From Nemertoderma westbladi (lineage: Eukaryota > Animalia > Xenacoelomorpha), in assembly GCA_032718475.1 (NCBI GenBank), contig JAUCBJ010001077.1, positions 1-64,000 of the forward strand: a stretch of 64,000 nucleotides of DNA, written 5' to 3'. The notes under the pieces were generated by a model. It saw only the letters and a program-made list of their open reading frames with translations, was not told the origin of the DNA and ran no database searches. Below, one piece after another: positions 50,394-62,483 of the stretch. A program made the translations under genes and the position numbers. Positions within the stretch are counted from its first letter, which is position 1, and the number at the start of each line of letters is the position of its first letter.

Positions 50394-51132
50394 TTAGTCT
50401 TTCTTGCGCGGACGGCGTTTACGCAGTTTTTTAAAGCTAGCCAGAGTCCTTTTCTCTTTGGGGCGAGCCACTTTACAAGGAGGGCTATAACTCCTGGGTG
50501 AAGGGTGCAATATGATTGCATCAGAGGGTGTAGGATTATGGTCGGTGTATCCGCCAGTCGAAGTACCGGGTTGATTGACATCAACGTCAGGTGAGAGGGG
50601 TCTAACGGCTTTGAGAGCTCGTTTCAAGACAGCCGCTCTTACGGGTACTTTACGAGTGGTCTGAATGAGGGCCGTGGGTGGACCATAGGCAGTTAGAAAC
50701 TTCCGGGGTTTAATGGTCCTTTCCAACTCGCGTTCGCGGGCTCGGTATTCGTAAGGCCTTCGATGTACTTCCTGCAACTCGGGGTGTGAGTTAACAAACG
50801 TGTTTATCGTTACGACTCCGCTGGGTATGATATTTAAATAGAACCATTTCCCTTTCGGTGTCTACATCGTCCGTATCATGCAAGTCGATAGGATGGCCGG
50901 TAGTTAAGAAGTCCATATACGTACCATTACGATGCGTATAGCGAGCGGTGAATTTTCGATAGTCCAATTCACGCGTAAGTTGCTCTTGGGACATCGGCGG
51001 TTCGATATAACGACCATCGTCCTCCGTAATGGTTGGATCGGCTTCACCGCGTATCAAGCTATCCACAAATGCTTGTAAAGGTAGAGTATATCGCTCCCTG
51101 ATACCAAGATCATCTTCTATCAACTCCGTCAT
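50394..51132 (-). CDS. Accessory ORF of the BEL element (two overlapping frames, about 245 aa if joined), basic NLS-like C-terminus, function unknown
   Basis: ORFs 50791-51132 and 50394-50777 overlap in different frames; GC-richer than the flanks; ends KKLRKRRPRKKD. Confidence 0.55.
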
Positions 51133-53032
51133 ATCTGCTATTTGGGTTTATTAATATTATAAGGAGTTTATGTTTAGGCGAGCGGGCGTCGCTGCCTACC
51201 TTTCTTTGCCCCCGGACAGTGGGATTCTCAGCGCCGATGTACCGTCGTCGCGGTGTTTACGCCAACATGTAGCAACAGCACGACAACGATAACCGGCACA
51301 AGTCACTCCACTGTCCGTCCCAAAGGCTTGGATCCACTTAGGTTCTTTCTATAGGAGAGTTGGGCTATTTATACAATTGCGACTAGCTACTGTAAACATA
51401 CTTTAGCAGTAACATTCACCTATAAACGCACAAATTCCACACAACTGTCAACAACTGCACACACACAGGCCATTTGTCCGTTAGTCAGTGCCTTCCAGAA
51501 TGTCACTTTATTACTGTGTATCCTTGGATACTAACAGTGTGCTATGTATTCTCTATGCTAGGCAATGGGACAAGCTTTCTATTGTTCTTTTAACTTGCTT
51601 CTAATTCTAGCGTGGGTGTTGCTATGGTGACATTATGGAAAACTAGCGGTAGAATTAGGGTAATTCTCATGCATACAGATCTGGGATGCTATTTAATAGT
51701 AATTCTTTAATGGTCAATATCCCCTTTATACATGATTTTATGAATTTTATCGGCTATTGACTATACATTTGAGATTCTCGCACACAAATACACTTAATAG
51801 AGTGAATCTCCGCTACCATGATCTATTAATTAATGGAATTTTGGGAATGTTATAAATTGTATAAAATGACAATTTATTAATTCATTGAATATATGAATTT
51901 AAATTTATTCCCGTAAATTTTATTATTTAATGTTAAATAGACACAATTTGATTCCAGAGCAGGTCTGGGGACATAGGATCCTTAATTCTAGGAATTTTGT
52001 CCTTTTAAGAGTATCGGTAAGTGCTACGATATCTTAATCGACTAGAATTTTAAAGGATCTGATATTTGACAGAATTTTGTAAATATTAATAATTAATATT
52101 TATGATGGGCACCAGTTTATTCCAGAACTTGTCTGGGGACGTTAACCATTGATTCTAGAAATTTGTCTTTCAAGTATATCGGTGGGTGCCACGATATCTT
52201 AATCGACTAGAATTACAGATGGTCAAAGGGTTTAACAGATTTATTTTGCGTTATACGCTACTGTTGAAGGGACATCACGCTACTATATGTATTATTTAAT
52301 ATACGGTATGAGAGCAATATCGCACGAAGCAATGTCAGTGTGAAGAGGCAAGTCGTTTCCAAGGTCTACCTGTCGTGAATTTAGACTGTGACGGGATCCG
52401 AGAGGATCCCGGTTTATCCGGTGTCGCTTATGTACGCGTCCCCGCCGTGTGAATGAAAAGAGTTGTTGTTCCAGTGTCGTTATTATGGACTGATATATAT
52501 ATAATACAGAGTGATAGTAGATAGCACAGTTAACCGGTTAGAGGGACATCACGCTACTATATGTATTATTTAATATAAGGTAGAAGAGCAATATCGCACG
52601 AAGCAATGTCAGTGTGAAGAGGCAAGTCGTTTCCAAGGTCTACCCAGAGCTTGGCTTAGCCGAGACACGAGGATCTGAACTTTGCATTCCTAATACTCTG
52701 CCTACCGATAATACTTGAATATAGTAGTGGCTTTATTGTACTTTAATAAGTACGGACATTTCATCTTACTGTAGTCACGTATTTATAATATGATACGGAC
52801 AGTAAGGAAAGAGAAAATATTATTTCTCGCCGTCGCACTAAATATATATTATAAGTAATTACGTACGTAATAAACACTAATATATTGCACTAATCTACTA
52901 AATAATCACTAAAATAACATTCTACTAAATAAAATTGAATAAAAACGATTATAATAAAGTATATAATAAAGTTCGCATATAAAAATATAATAATAGATAA
53001 AACAATATAGTCATACACCCACTCCAGACGTA

Positions 53033-56000
53033 TCACGTTAGGGAGTCCCTAGATGTTTGAGGAATTAGGGAGGTGGTCGTGGGAAGAGTGTCTTGCCTTC
53101 CATAGTTCCCGGAGAGTTCTCTGTCTCTTTCCAGTAAACATAAACGACCAACTGGGCGATTGAGTTGTTGCGTCTCAAAGATGATGCCTGGCTTCTTGAA
53201 GTTACGCCGCATGACGATGAGTTCTACCGAGCGTACTAAACCATCATCTGAGATGTGTGTCTCGATGATACGACCTGTCTGCCATCGTTTACGTGGGAGG
53301 TCTGGATCTACAATAAGCACCATATCTCCGGCGCTGACGTTTTCTTGCTGCGCAAACCACTTAGTTCGAAGTTGTAGCGTGGGCAGATAATGTTTCTCGA
53401 AATGGTCAGCGAAACGACGGGATAGCAACTGCATAAGTTGCCAAGTTCGACGGCAGTATTCGTCTCCGTCGGCAATCTCCGATCGTGGGAGCATGGCTAC
53501 AGGTTTCTTCAGTAGGACGTGCGCGGGTGTTAGCACTTCCAGGGAATCGGGACTCGATGAGACTGGCATAAGCGGTCTCTCGTTGAGATAGGCAGCGATT
53601 TCCTCCATTAACGTCCGCAAAAGTTCATCGGTGAGATACGCGCGGCATGGCACTATAAAGTGAAATGCGGTTTTGACACTTCGAATTAATCTCTCCCAAC
53701 TTCCTCCCCACCAAGGGGCGTCGGCAGCGTTGAAGGTCCAGCTAGACGCTGTTGTCCTTAGCTGGTCGTCCACCTGTCTTTGGTTCCAGTCCCTCACGTA
53801 AGCCTGTATCTCGTTGTTGGCACCTATGAAGTTCGTTCCTTTATCCGATCTCATGGTATTACTCGTCCCGAAGCGAGCGATCTGTCGTCGTAAACTTAAG
53901 ACGAAGCTGTTAGTAGATAGATCGTTCACCATATCGAGATGGATGGCTCTACAAGTCATGCACACGAAGATGACACACCATCTCTTGACTATAGTCCTCG
54001 CACGATATACTTCAATAGGGCCAAATAAATCTACACCAGTATTAGTAAAAGGTGGTTCATAGAAGCTTACTCGTTCCCTAGGTAATTCTGCCTCTCGCTG
54101 TGTTAAAGGCCTACTGAATGCTTTCCTACAGGGTATGCAGTTCCTAAGAACTTGGTTCAGAGCTCTACGGGGTTTATCAAAATAATAGCGAGTTCGAATT
54201 TCGCTAAGAATTCGTTCTCTACCAGCATGATAAAGTTTACCGTGAACGTCTACAATCATCTTGATTTGTACTTCAAGATTTCTAATAAGTATGGGGAATT
54301 TGGTGTCAAAGGATAAGGGCGCGTTGGTGAGTCTTCCTCCAACACGTATTAACCCATCTATCATTGTGCTCGAGAATCGATCCCTTAAGCGCATCTGCGG
54401 ATTTCTCAACAACAGGAAGTACTTTTCGGAATCCTCATAGCATTGCAGGAGTCTCAGTATCTGCTTATTTGTTTCTTCATGCTCCTGGTGACTAATTTTC
54501 TCCTTTAGAAAACGATCAGATGTCTTATATTTGGGTAAATTCTTAATAACATGAACTTGTGCAGATGTCAATGGAGCGTGATCACTAGTGGTCTTCGTCC
54601 TGGAGTAGTGATGATAGTAGTAGCCAGTAGTAGTAGTAGCCGATTCCAGGAACTGTAATGATGCATTGCTCTCTGCAGCATGGGTGAGATTCCTTGCGAG
54701 ACGTCTGGTATTCCAGATTTCCAATCTTTATCTCTAATTTCCACAACAGACTTATTTGTGTTGAGGGATTGTGGATCCGAAGCATCATTCCCGGAAGTAT
54801 GTAATACAGATAGATCGATAGTCGGTTTAAATAACTTCGATTTACTCGTCCGGGTTTTAGGTTTGACTGTCTCCGCTCCCTTGGCTTGTCTAATCTCTGC
54901 CGTAGTAAGGTGAGGAGGCCATTCATCCTCTTCCTTGCTCAGGAAGTCGGGTCCACCCAACCAATCTGGAGTATCTATCAGTTCCTGTGGAGTTGCTCCC
55001 CTGGAGGCGATATCGGCTGGATTAATCGTACCAGGGCAATGTCTCCATTGATCTATCTTTGTGCGATTAAGAATAATAGCTACTCGGTTAGTAACAAAAA
55101 CGCTAAACTGACAGACTTCATTGGTTAGATACTCTAACACGAGTAAAGCGTCGGTCCAATAAACCGTTTTCTCCAGTGGATAGTCGATTTGTTCCGTTAC
55201 GTTCCGGCCGATGGCTGTAGCGTATAAAGCTGCCTTTAACTCCGCTCGAGGAACCTTTAACTTGTTGTTAATCAATGCCTTAGAGGTAACCAAGGCGACT
55301 TTGATTCCATCCGGAGTTTCGACTCGCAGATATGCTACTATACCTATTCCCATGTCGCTGGCGTCTCCAAACACATGGAGTTGATAGGAATACGTAGGAA
55401 GAACATGGCCAAAATATGCACGGGAAATTATAAAGTTCTCGATGGCAGGTAGAGAATCTTCCCATTTCATCCATTTCTTAACAATTCCCCTTTAAGCGGA
55501 TCGTTCCATGAGTGGTTTTCAAGCCACATTTGTTGTACTAAACTCCGAGCAATCAATATAACTGGGCTAATAAATCCCAATGGGTCGAAATAAGTGCTCA
55601 GGATACTTAAACAAATCCGTTTGGTCCGAACTGGATTATCTCGCTGTTTTAACTGAAAAAACAGGATGTCTCTTTCAGTGTCCCACTTCAAGCCTAGCGT
55701 CTTGGTTTCAGGAAGATCGTCCTTTATTAAGTCTAGGTCTTTCGTTCCTCGGTCTTCTACCGGTATGGCTTCCAGAAACTCACGGGAGTTGCTAGTGAAT
55801 TTCGTCAGTCGAAATCCACCTCTTTTCAAACACTCTACCGTTCCTTTCGCGACAGCTATGGCTTCTTCTACTGATGGAAGGGACCTTAAATTGTCGTCCA
55901 TGTATATATTGCGTTTTATGTTGTCTATCACCTCTTTTGAGAAGGAGTCTCGGTTGTCATTCGCAGTGGTTCGCACCACGGAGCAGGCGTTGGAAGGGCT

Positions 56001-57600
56001 TGATATGATCCCAAAAGCCTGGATGGTCATCCAGTACTCTACCGGTTTCTGGTTGAGGTCTCCTTCAGGCCACCACAGAAATCTCAGGCTGTCTCTCTCT
56101 ATCTCTATCCAGCGCCTTGACTTGTAAGAACATTCCTTCTATATCAGAGGCGAACGCGATGGAATATTGTCTTAATCTTAATAGTATTCCCAACAAAGAT
56201 TGGAGTAAGTTGGGTCCTGGTAACAACTCGGAATTGAGGGATTGGCCCATATATAGAGCAGAGCCATCAAATACGACTCGTACTTCATGGGGTTTACCGG
56301 GTTTGGGAACGTAATGATGTGTTAAATAATACGTTCTCTCAGTCACTGGTGTTCCTTCCGGTACTCTCTCCGCGTATCCCTTTGTTATAAATTTCTTCAG
56401 CTGAGTTTGGTACATTTCTTTCGCCGAAGCATTAGCTGTAAGTCGTCGATGTAATTGAGCGATTCTTTTCTCTGCCAAAGGTCTGTTATTTATAAATCTA
56501 GGTTCTCGTTTTCGAAATGGTAGGCCGATTTCATATCTACCTTGATCCTTTAAAAAACGTGTAGTTGTTTCCTGGATTTGCTTGGCTCTTTCTTCTTCTA
56601 TCGATAGAGCCTTATCATATGAATTGGGCTCTACCAGTTCCTGAGTAAAGAATCGTACAGCTAGTTCATCCCGAGTTCTAGCGTTGTAGCGCTCTATCTC
56701 ATCGTTTAGTTCGTCATTGTAAGCGATGGGTTCTGATGGGTGAATCAGTTGACATAGGTTCACCTGACTTTTCCAAGTTTGGTTTTCTGTAAGTAGGTCG
56801 ATTGTGTTCTCTTCATCGAAGAGTTGGTAGATGTCGTCATTATCTGAGGAGTATGGTGTTCCCTCAGTTAGTTCGTCCACCTCACTGCTCTCCACTTCCC
56901 AATCGTGTACTTGGTATGTTTGTTCTTGTGGCATTCTCTCTTCGAGAGTCCTGCGGGAAGGGCCAGTAAAGTACCAACCTACTCTAGTTCTTACCGCATA
57001 GGTTTGCAGTGGCTGTGGTTGAGCAGGCCATTTCTCCAATGTTTCGAGCGCCTCATGCGCGTTTTGGCCGATGAGTATTTGCACTCCAGGATAATCTGTC
57101 TGGAATCGAGGTATCTTAAGATGTTGGATGCTCTCATCCTCGTCCCAATTATAAAGGTCTGCTTGAGTAGTAGCGAAGTTCTTTATGGCCACCATTTTTA
57201 CCGACCTTATACCTTGTGCTCCTAACTTATCCTGGGGGGTGGACAACACACCTACATAGTAATCTGCCGTTAGGGTAGATTTCCAAACCTGCATAATTCC
57301 TGACATATTTAATTTAGTCCGGAACTTGGGTTGTCCAGCAAAGATATCTTCGGCTAGTTCTTGATCGATGAATGTTCCTGTGCTGCCGGAGTCAAGGAGG
57401 GCGTTCACTATGTAACTTTTGTTAAGACCGTGAACTCTTACCTGCACTACAGGAAATTCTCTGATTCCTACCTTGGAAGTTGGAGCTTTCCAAGATGGTT
57501 GTTTGGCAAAAGTAGTTGGGGGAAACTCATTGTTGGTGTCCTTTTCATAAGTAAGTGCTCGATACACTGCGGTATTGATTAGATAACAGGATTCGTTGGC
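53033..57600 (-). pseudogene. pol: BEL/Pao pol (protease, RT, RNase H, integrase), split by frameshifts
   Basis: ALLDSGS; YYLTHHYV..RVVFDGS, SDIEGMFLQV, YMDD; HVFGDAS, HCPGTINPADIASRG; HGKLYH..CIPC, DLFGP, SDKGTNF. Frame breaks near 56090, 55470 and 54720. Confidence 0.94.
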
Positions 57601-60600
57601 GTCGGAGAATTCGTCAGTACAGACTCCTGATCAGTGTCATTTACATCACTGAATTGGACATGTAGTTCGGGCTCACTTACCTGACTCTGTTTGTCTCGTT
57701 CGAACTCACTGTGTAACAAGATGTGATGTTTCGCGCCACACTTTGCACACTTTATGTCGGAGTAACAGGTTCGCCGTTGGTGTCCTGGTCTGAGGCAATT
57801 ATAGCATAACCGCTTGTCCCATACGACTGCACGTCTGTCTACAAGGGATTTCTTTAGAAATTCAGCATACGCACTCAAACGGTGGGTCCCGTCGCACAGC
57901 GTACAGTTAGGTTTTATGTTACTCACTTTACCTTGGGTAACTTGATGCACTCTCGTTTTTTCTTCGGGTTTTCTTCGGTGCATTCTGTTAGGAGACTGAG
58001 GAGGGGTCTTGGCAACCTGTTCTCTCCTATCGTTGTTTCGAGCCTTGTATTTACTTACATCTTTTGAGGTTTTGTCAACGTAGTAAGATCTCTCAGTGTC
58101 TTTCCCGCTGTCCTCTTCTTGAGAAACTTGGCTTTCGCCGTCGTCAGTGTAACACACCGGTGTTATTCTTCTCCTAGAAGCGGGTTTCTCACTTACCTTA
58201 TTTTCCGATGTTTTCTCTCTGGACTGCTTGATGAGTTGTAGTTTTACTTCACCATCTAAGAAGGATATGAGATCAGCCATGGTAGGACTTCGTCGTTGTT
58301 GTTCATTCATGTACAACACTTTCTTGTCCCAGCGTGTACATACTCCACCCTTTGGTAAAGTAGAGACTACGGCTCCAATAACCATTGAACTCTGATATTC
58401 ATGAGACTTACCTAACCAGTCCAATTGTCTACAGATCTCTTGAATCTCATCGGAAAACTCTATAATCCCGCTACTAAGGAAGTGTCGGGGGGCTACTAAT
58501 TTTGCATACAAATACTTAGCTATGTTATCCTTGTTACCATACCTGATGTTTAATGTATCCCATACTTGTCTTAATCCTTCTGGATGTCCAATAAACTTTA
58601 ACGCCATTAACTTGGGAGGTCCTTCCAAGCACTTGATGAGGAACCTGAGTTTCTCTCCGTTAGATAGTACAGAGTTCTGTATGCTGTCTTTGTAATATTC
58701 ATTGAAAGGTAACCATTTCATCTCATCTCCATTGAATTTGACGATCTCTCCCACTTTGACCGCTTGGCGGGCTTCTGTTCTAGCCATCTGACGCGTAAAG
58801 CTTTCTTGGGCCATCGTGTTATTTAATATCGAATTATCGGTATATAAATTTCTCGGATCATTATCAGGTCTATAGGGAATATCATTAATAACAGGTCTAT
58901 AATCACCCTTAATAGGGTTTGCTATAGGAGTTTCTACTTCACTAGCAGTATAGATGTGTGTAGGCTCCACACCTTGCGCATGTAATACTTCAGACCTAAC
59001 AGGTTGACACAATGTTACAGGGGGTATTGGTATGCCCTTTTGTATATTGACTAACTTGTCGCGTTCCAGTGCGATACTTTGCTGCACTTCTTGCAACTCT
59101 GCTCTACCTTCCCTTACTGTTCCCTTAAGCTGGTAGACAGTCTCCTGCATCTGTCCGAGCAGGAGATTCATCCCCCGCCGTCCCTCCTCTACCCACTCAA
59201 CCGCCGAAGTGGGAGTCGCCAACATTGTAGCGGGCTGACGTGGGACGACGGGAGACAAATCTTTGATTTCTCTCTCAGCTTCCAGGACAGGAATATTCTC
59301 ATGGACTGTTCTACCGGGTACAGGCAGTGTAGTACTGTGTAAAGGGAACTTAGAGTTAAGCTCTGGAAGTACAGGGGTCTCTAGCATAGGTGTGACTTTG
59401 GGAACGACAGACCTAATTATTTCAGGCTCATCAACTATTGTAGGGAGTCTTTTGACCTGAATAGTTTGGTATGTGGGTACCGTACTACCTAAGTCTGCGC
59501 TAGCTAGCTGTCTTCTAACAGCTGGGGGCAAATCAGGCAATTTGTGACGGTGAGCTGTTTTTCTACGCCTGCTTAGACGAGATCTATTTCCTCCGCCTTC
59601 AGGATCGGTGGTTTCGCTTTCCTCCGATGATGTGTATCCCTGGCGTTTGGGAGTAGATCGTCTCATCATCTGCATTTGACTAGCAGTTAACTGTTTATTT
59701 ATGTTGTCTTGCGTCTCTTGCAGATTTTCCAACTCCAGTTGGGTAGTCTGCTCAGACGCTCTCCGTTCTGCTTCTGCCACTGCCCTTTCCGCCTTTGCTT
59801 CTGCCGCCGCTGCCTTTCTTTTTGCTTCTGCTTCTGCCGCTGCTGCCCTTGCTGCTATTCTTTCTGCTTCTACTTCTGCCGCCGCTGCTTTTCTTTCTGC
59901 TTCTACTTCTGCCGCCGCTGCTTTTCTTTCTGCTTCTGCTTCTGCCGTAGCCGCCGCCTTTTGTTCCTCTATCCGTCTTTTCTTTACTTTTTCTTCTTGG
60001 ACTCTAGCGAGGCGGAGTTTTTCATCAAATTCTGCTTGGTTAGCAGCTAACATTTCAGCATCGATTGAATCTAACACACGCTGGGTTCCTTCACTATTGG
60101 GGGAAAGTCCAGACAGCCGTCTCCTCAACTCTTCGTCTCCTAGGAATCGCTGATAGTCGGACAGATAAATGTCTATGGCGTCTCTCGTTCGTGGTTTCTC
60201 TGAGGTCTCTTCGCCTTCCACTTGAGAAAGGGTGGCATCGGTTGGTTCTTCATAAGTTAGTCTCTCAGACAGCTGGGATTTCCACTGGTCCGTTTCTTGT
60301 ACTTTGCGACCTACCCGCTGGAACCAAGTTTTGACAGCAACCTGCAGCGACATGTCCTGTCTTCTTTTGGAAGTTTCCTCAAAAGCTGATAAGATTAGTC
60401 GAATGCGTAGGGTTCTTTCGCGTACTTGATATAGCAGTTCTTCCTGCTCTTGAGGTCCTAGGGGTTGTCGAAACAGTTGTTCTTCTAATCGCTCTAAGGA
60501 GCCGAAGAATCCCTGCACATATCCTGCTGCCGACCTCTTCCAAACAGCTGGATCCATCATATCTTTAGCCACTCCCATCCTGTATATATCTTCCCAAGTA

Positions 60601-61136
60601 GCCTCGGACAGATCTAATGGGAGTCCGGGTCCGGGAAAGTTCCATTGTGACTCGACAATAGACATCAATTCTTCCCTGGCGTATCCCGCATAATTATCTT
60701 GGGTCGCTCGCTTATTTCTCACCCAATCTGCTTGATGTTCCTCCACCGCAATCAATATAGTTGTTAGCACTGCGGCAGGAAGGGTGAGAAGGGGGTCCGA
60801 GTAGGCTTTAGCCGTCGTCTGCACTCCGCGTTCGGGGGTCAGCTCTACAGTATCCGAACTACTGGAGCTATCGGATCGCTGGGAACAAGTTTCTTGACTA
60901 GGATGTTGCGGCTGTTGGACAGCTGCTTCCTGGTTCCGTTTGACTTGGGCCCGAGTGCCGATGATAGACCTACAGTGTTGGATTAGCTTAGGGTCTGATA
61001 CTACTACTGGAGGGATGACCTTTCTTTCAGTAGGAGGTGAGCTGAACTCCTTTCTTAATCGCTCAACACTCCTATCTGTGTCACAGATGGTTGTATCGAT
61101 TAGGCTGTCTGACAGGTTTTGCTGAGTGTCAGACAT
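57579..61136 (-). CDS. gag: BEL/Pao Gag with a long N-terminal extension
   Basis: DUF1759-like FNGDEMKWLPF...EKLRFLIKCLEG; triple zinc knuckle CTLCDGTH / CYNCLRPGH..C / CAKCGAKHHILLH; AAAAEVEAERK helical repeats. Confidence 0.92.
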   Translation of the reverse strand: MSDTQQNLSDSLIDTTICDTDRSVERLRKEFSSPPTERKVIPPVVVSDPKLIQHCRSIIGTRAQVKRNQEAAVQQPQHPSQETCSQRSDSSSSSDTVELTPERGVQTTAKAYSDPLLTLPAAVLTTILIAVEEHQADWVRNKRATQDNYAGYAREELMSIVESQWNFPGPGLPLDLSEATWEDIYRMGVAKDMMDPAVWKRSAAGYVQGFFGSLERLEEQLFRQPLGPQEQEELLYQVRERTLRIRLILSAFEETSKRRQDMSLQVAVKTWFQRVGRKVQETDQWKSQLSERLTYEEPTDATLSQVEGEETSEKPRTRDAIDIYLSDYQRFLGDEELRRRLSGLSPNSEGTQRVLDSIDAEMLAANQAEFDEKLRLARVQEEKVKKRRIEEQKAAATAEAEAERKAAAAEVEAERKAAAAEVEAERIAARAAAAEAEAKRKAAAAEAKAERAVAEAERRASEQTTQLELENLQETQDNINKQLTASQMQMMRRSTPKRQGYTSSEESETTDPEGGGNRSRLSRRRKTAHRHKLPDLPPAVRRQLASADLGSTVPTYQTIQVKRLPTIVDEPEIIRSVVPKVTPMLETPVLPELNSKFPLHSTTLPVPGRTVHENIPVLEAEREIKDLSPVVPRQPATMLATPTSAVEWVEEGRRGMNLLLGQMQETVYQLKGTVREGRAELQEVQQSIALERDKLVNIQKGIPIPPVTLCQPVRSEVLHAQGVEPTHIYTASEVETPIANPIKGDYRPVINDIPYRPDNDPRNLYTDNSILNNTMAQESFTRQMARTEARQAVKVGEIVKFNGDEMKWLPFNEYYKDSIQNSVLSNGEKLRFLIKCLEGPPKLMALKFIGHPEGLRQVWDTLNIRYGNKDNIAKYLYAKLVAPRHFLSSGIIEFSDEIQEICRQLDWLGKSHEYQSSMVIGAVVSTLPKGGVCTRWDKKVLYMNEQQRRSPTMADLISFLDGEVKLQLIKQSREKTSENKVSEKPASRRRITPVCYTDDGESQVSQEEDSGKDTERSYYVDKTSKDVSKYKARNNDRREQVAKTPPQSPNRMHRRKPEEKTRVHQVTQGKVSNIKPNCTLCDGTHRLSAYAEFLKKSLVDRRAVVWDKRLCYNCLRPGHQRRTCYSDIKCAKCGAKHHILLHSEFERDKQSQVSEPELHVQFSDVNDTDQESVLTNSPTPTNPVI

Positions 61137-62483
61137 ATTTAGCTATACAGTTGAATGCTTACTGCTATAGTTACAGTTAAAGCAAGTCTAGTAATTCAGT
61201 ATGACCGTTGGCCTAGTACCGGTAATTTATTGCAGTATTAGAATACCGGTATGCACTTATAATATATATATAAGTATTGTAAACTAGGTTTGTCACAGAG
61301 TACCGGTATATAATTTTAGCACAAATATATATAAATATATAATAGGCCTATCGTGAATACCGGTATACAGCTTACACTTATAGTATATATAAGTATAATT
61401 ATGAACTAGAATTAATTACAGAATACCGGTATGATTTCAGCTCAAATTTATAGAAATAAATATAATAAGCCTATGGTAAATACCGGTATGTCAATTATTT
61501 TTAGAATAATTGAATTTCTGAATATTTTAGGGTTACTTGGTTACGTTAACTTACTTTGTTACCATTATTTAAGCAGTAGTCCAACTGATTTTGAGACCTA
61601 GTTGTTGTATGGCAGGCCTACTATTTATAAATCTTTTGAGTTGATTTATAATAGATATATACCCGTTTAAAAATGGGTTTTGTCAATATTTGAAATAAAT
61701 GTTATTATTTCTGGGGGGTCACTACACAGAAGCTGTGCGCTCTCAGTGAAGTGCTATTTATTTGACACTAAAACTGATAATTCTAATTTACCTAAGTTAC
61801 TTAATACTACAAATTACTTACGATACGGGAGATTAATTCTCTAATTAAACACAACAAAAAATATTACGTACGAATTTTTAGGGTAATTTTACAGGAAGTC
61901 TACAAACCAGTCTAACAAAGGGTTAGAATTCGGTTTATTACAACGGACAGGGTACTACGGTATTTGAAAATAATAAGTAGTAGTAAATATATTGCACTGT
62001 CCAGATAGGAAAATACCACCGCCTGACGACCTATAACCGTATCGCTATAGGTACTACGTTATGTATCACGGAGTGTTCCTACCTAGAAGTTAATTACCGC
62101 GGACTACCAGATCCAGCGTGCCTATTAACCACTTTACAACACACATATACTGCCCACACACTAATTACTTTCGGAAAGCACTGTACACTAAACCCTAAAT
62201 TAGGTACAAGTACTAGTACAACAAATAATCAGTAGTTAAATATACTTGAACAGTTAAAAGAACCACGGCATCTGCTGGTGTGACCAGAGCACAAAGTCAC
62301 CAGTCTTGTCCTACGCCAAGCAGCCCGTGTAGTACTGGGGTTAATTTAACTATAACGGTATGTATAACAAACACAATTACTGTAGGAATAAACTTGGGGA
62401 CATGTATGTTGCGAATAATCGCATAAACTCTGAACAATAAATATTACGCTACCCGTACAGAATACTCAAACAGAATACAAACC

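Noticed and set aside
50394-51132. env gene
   Set aside because: Too short, and no signal peptide or transmembrane segment.
52268-52644. Hammerhead ribozymes in the duplicated 3' repeats
   Set aside because: GAAAC is present on the minus strand, but there is no CUGAnGA core in a compatible arrangement.
57560-57640. Programmed -1 frameshift between gag and pol
   Set aside because: No X XXY YYZ slippery heptamer in the overlap; three other breaks in pol point to decay or error.
59701-60153. Ala/Ser-rich and Cys/Phe-rich + strand ORFs
   Set aside because: Antisense shadows of the Gag helical repeat.
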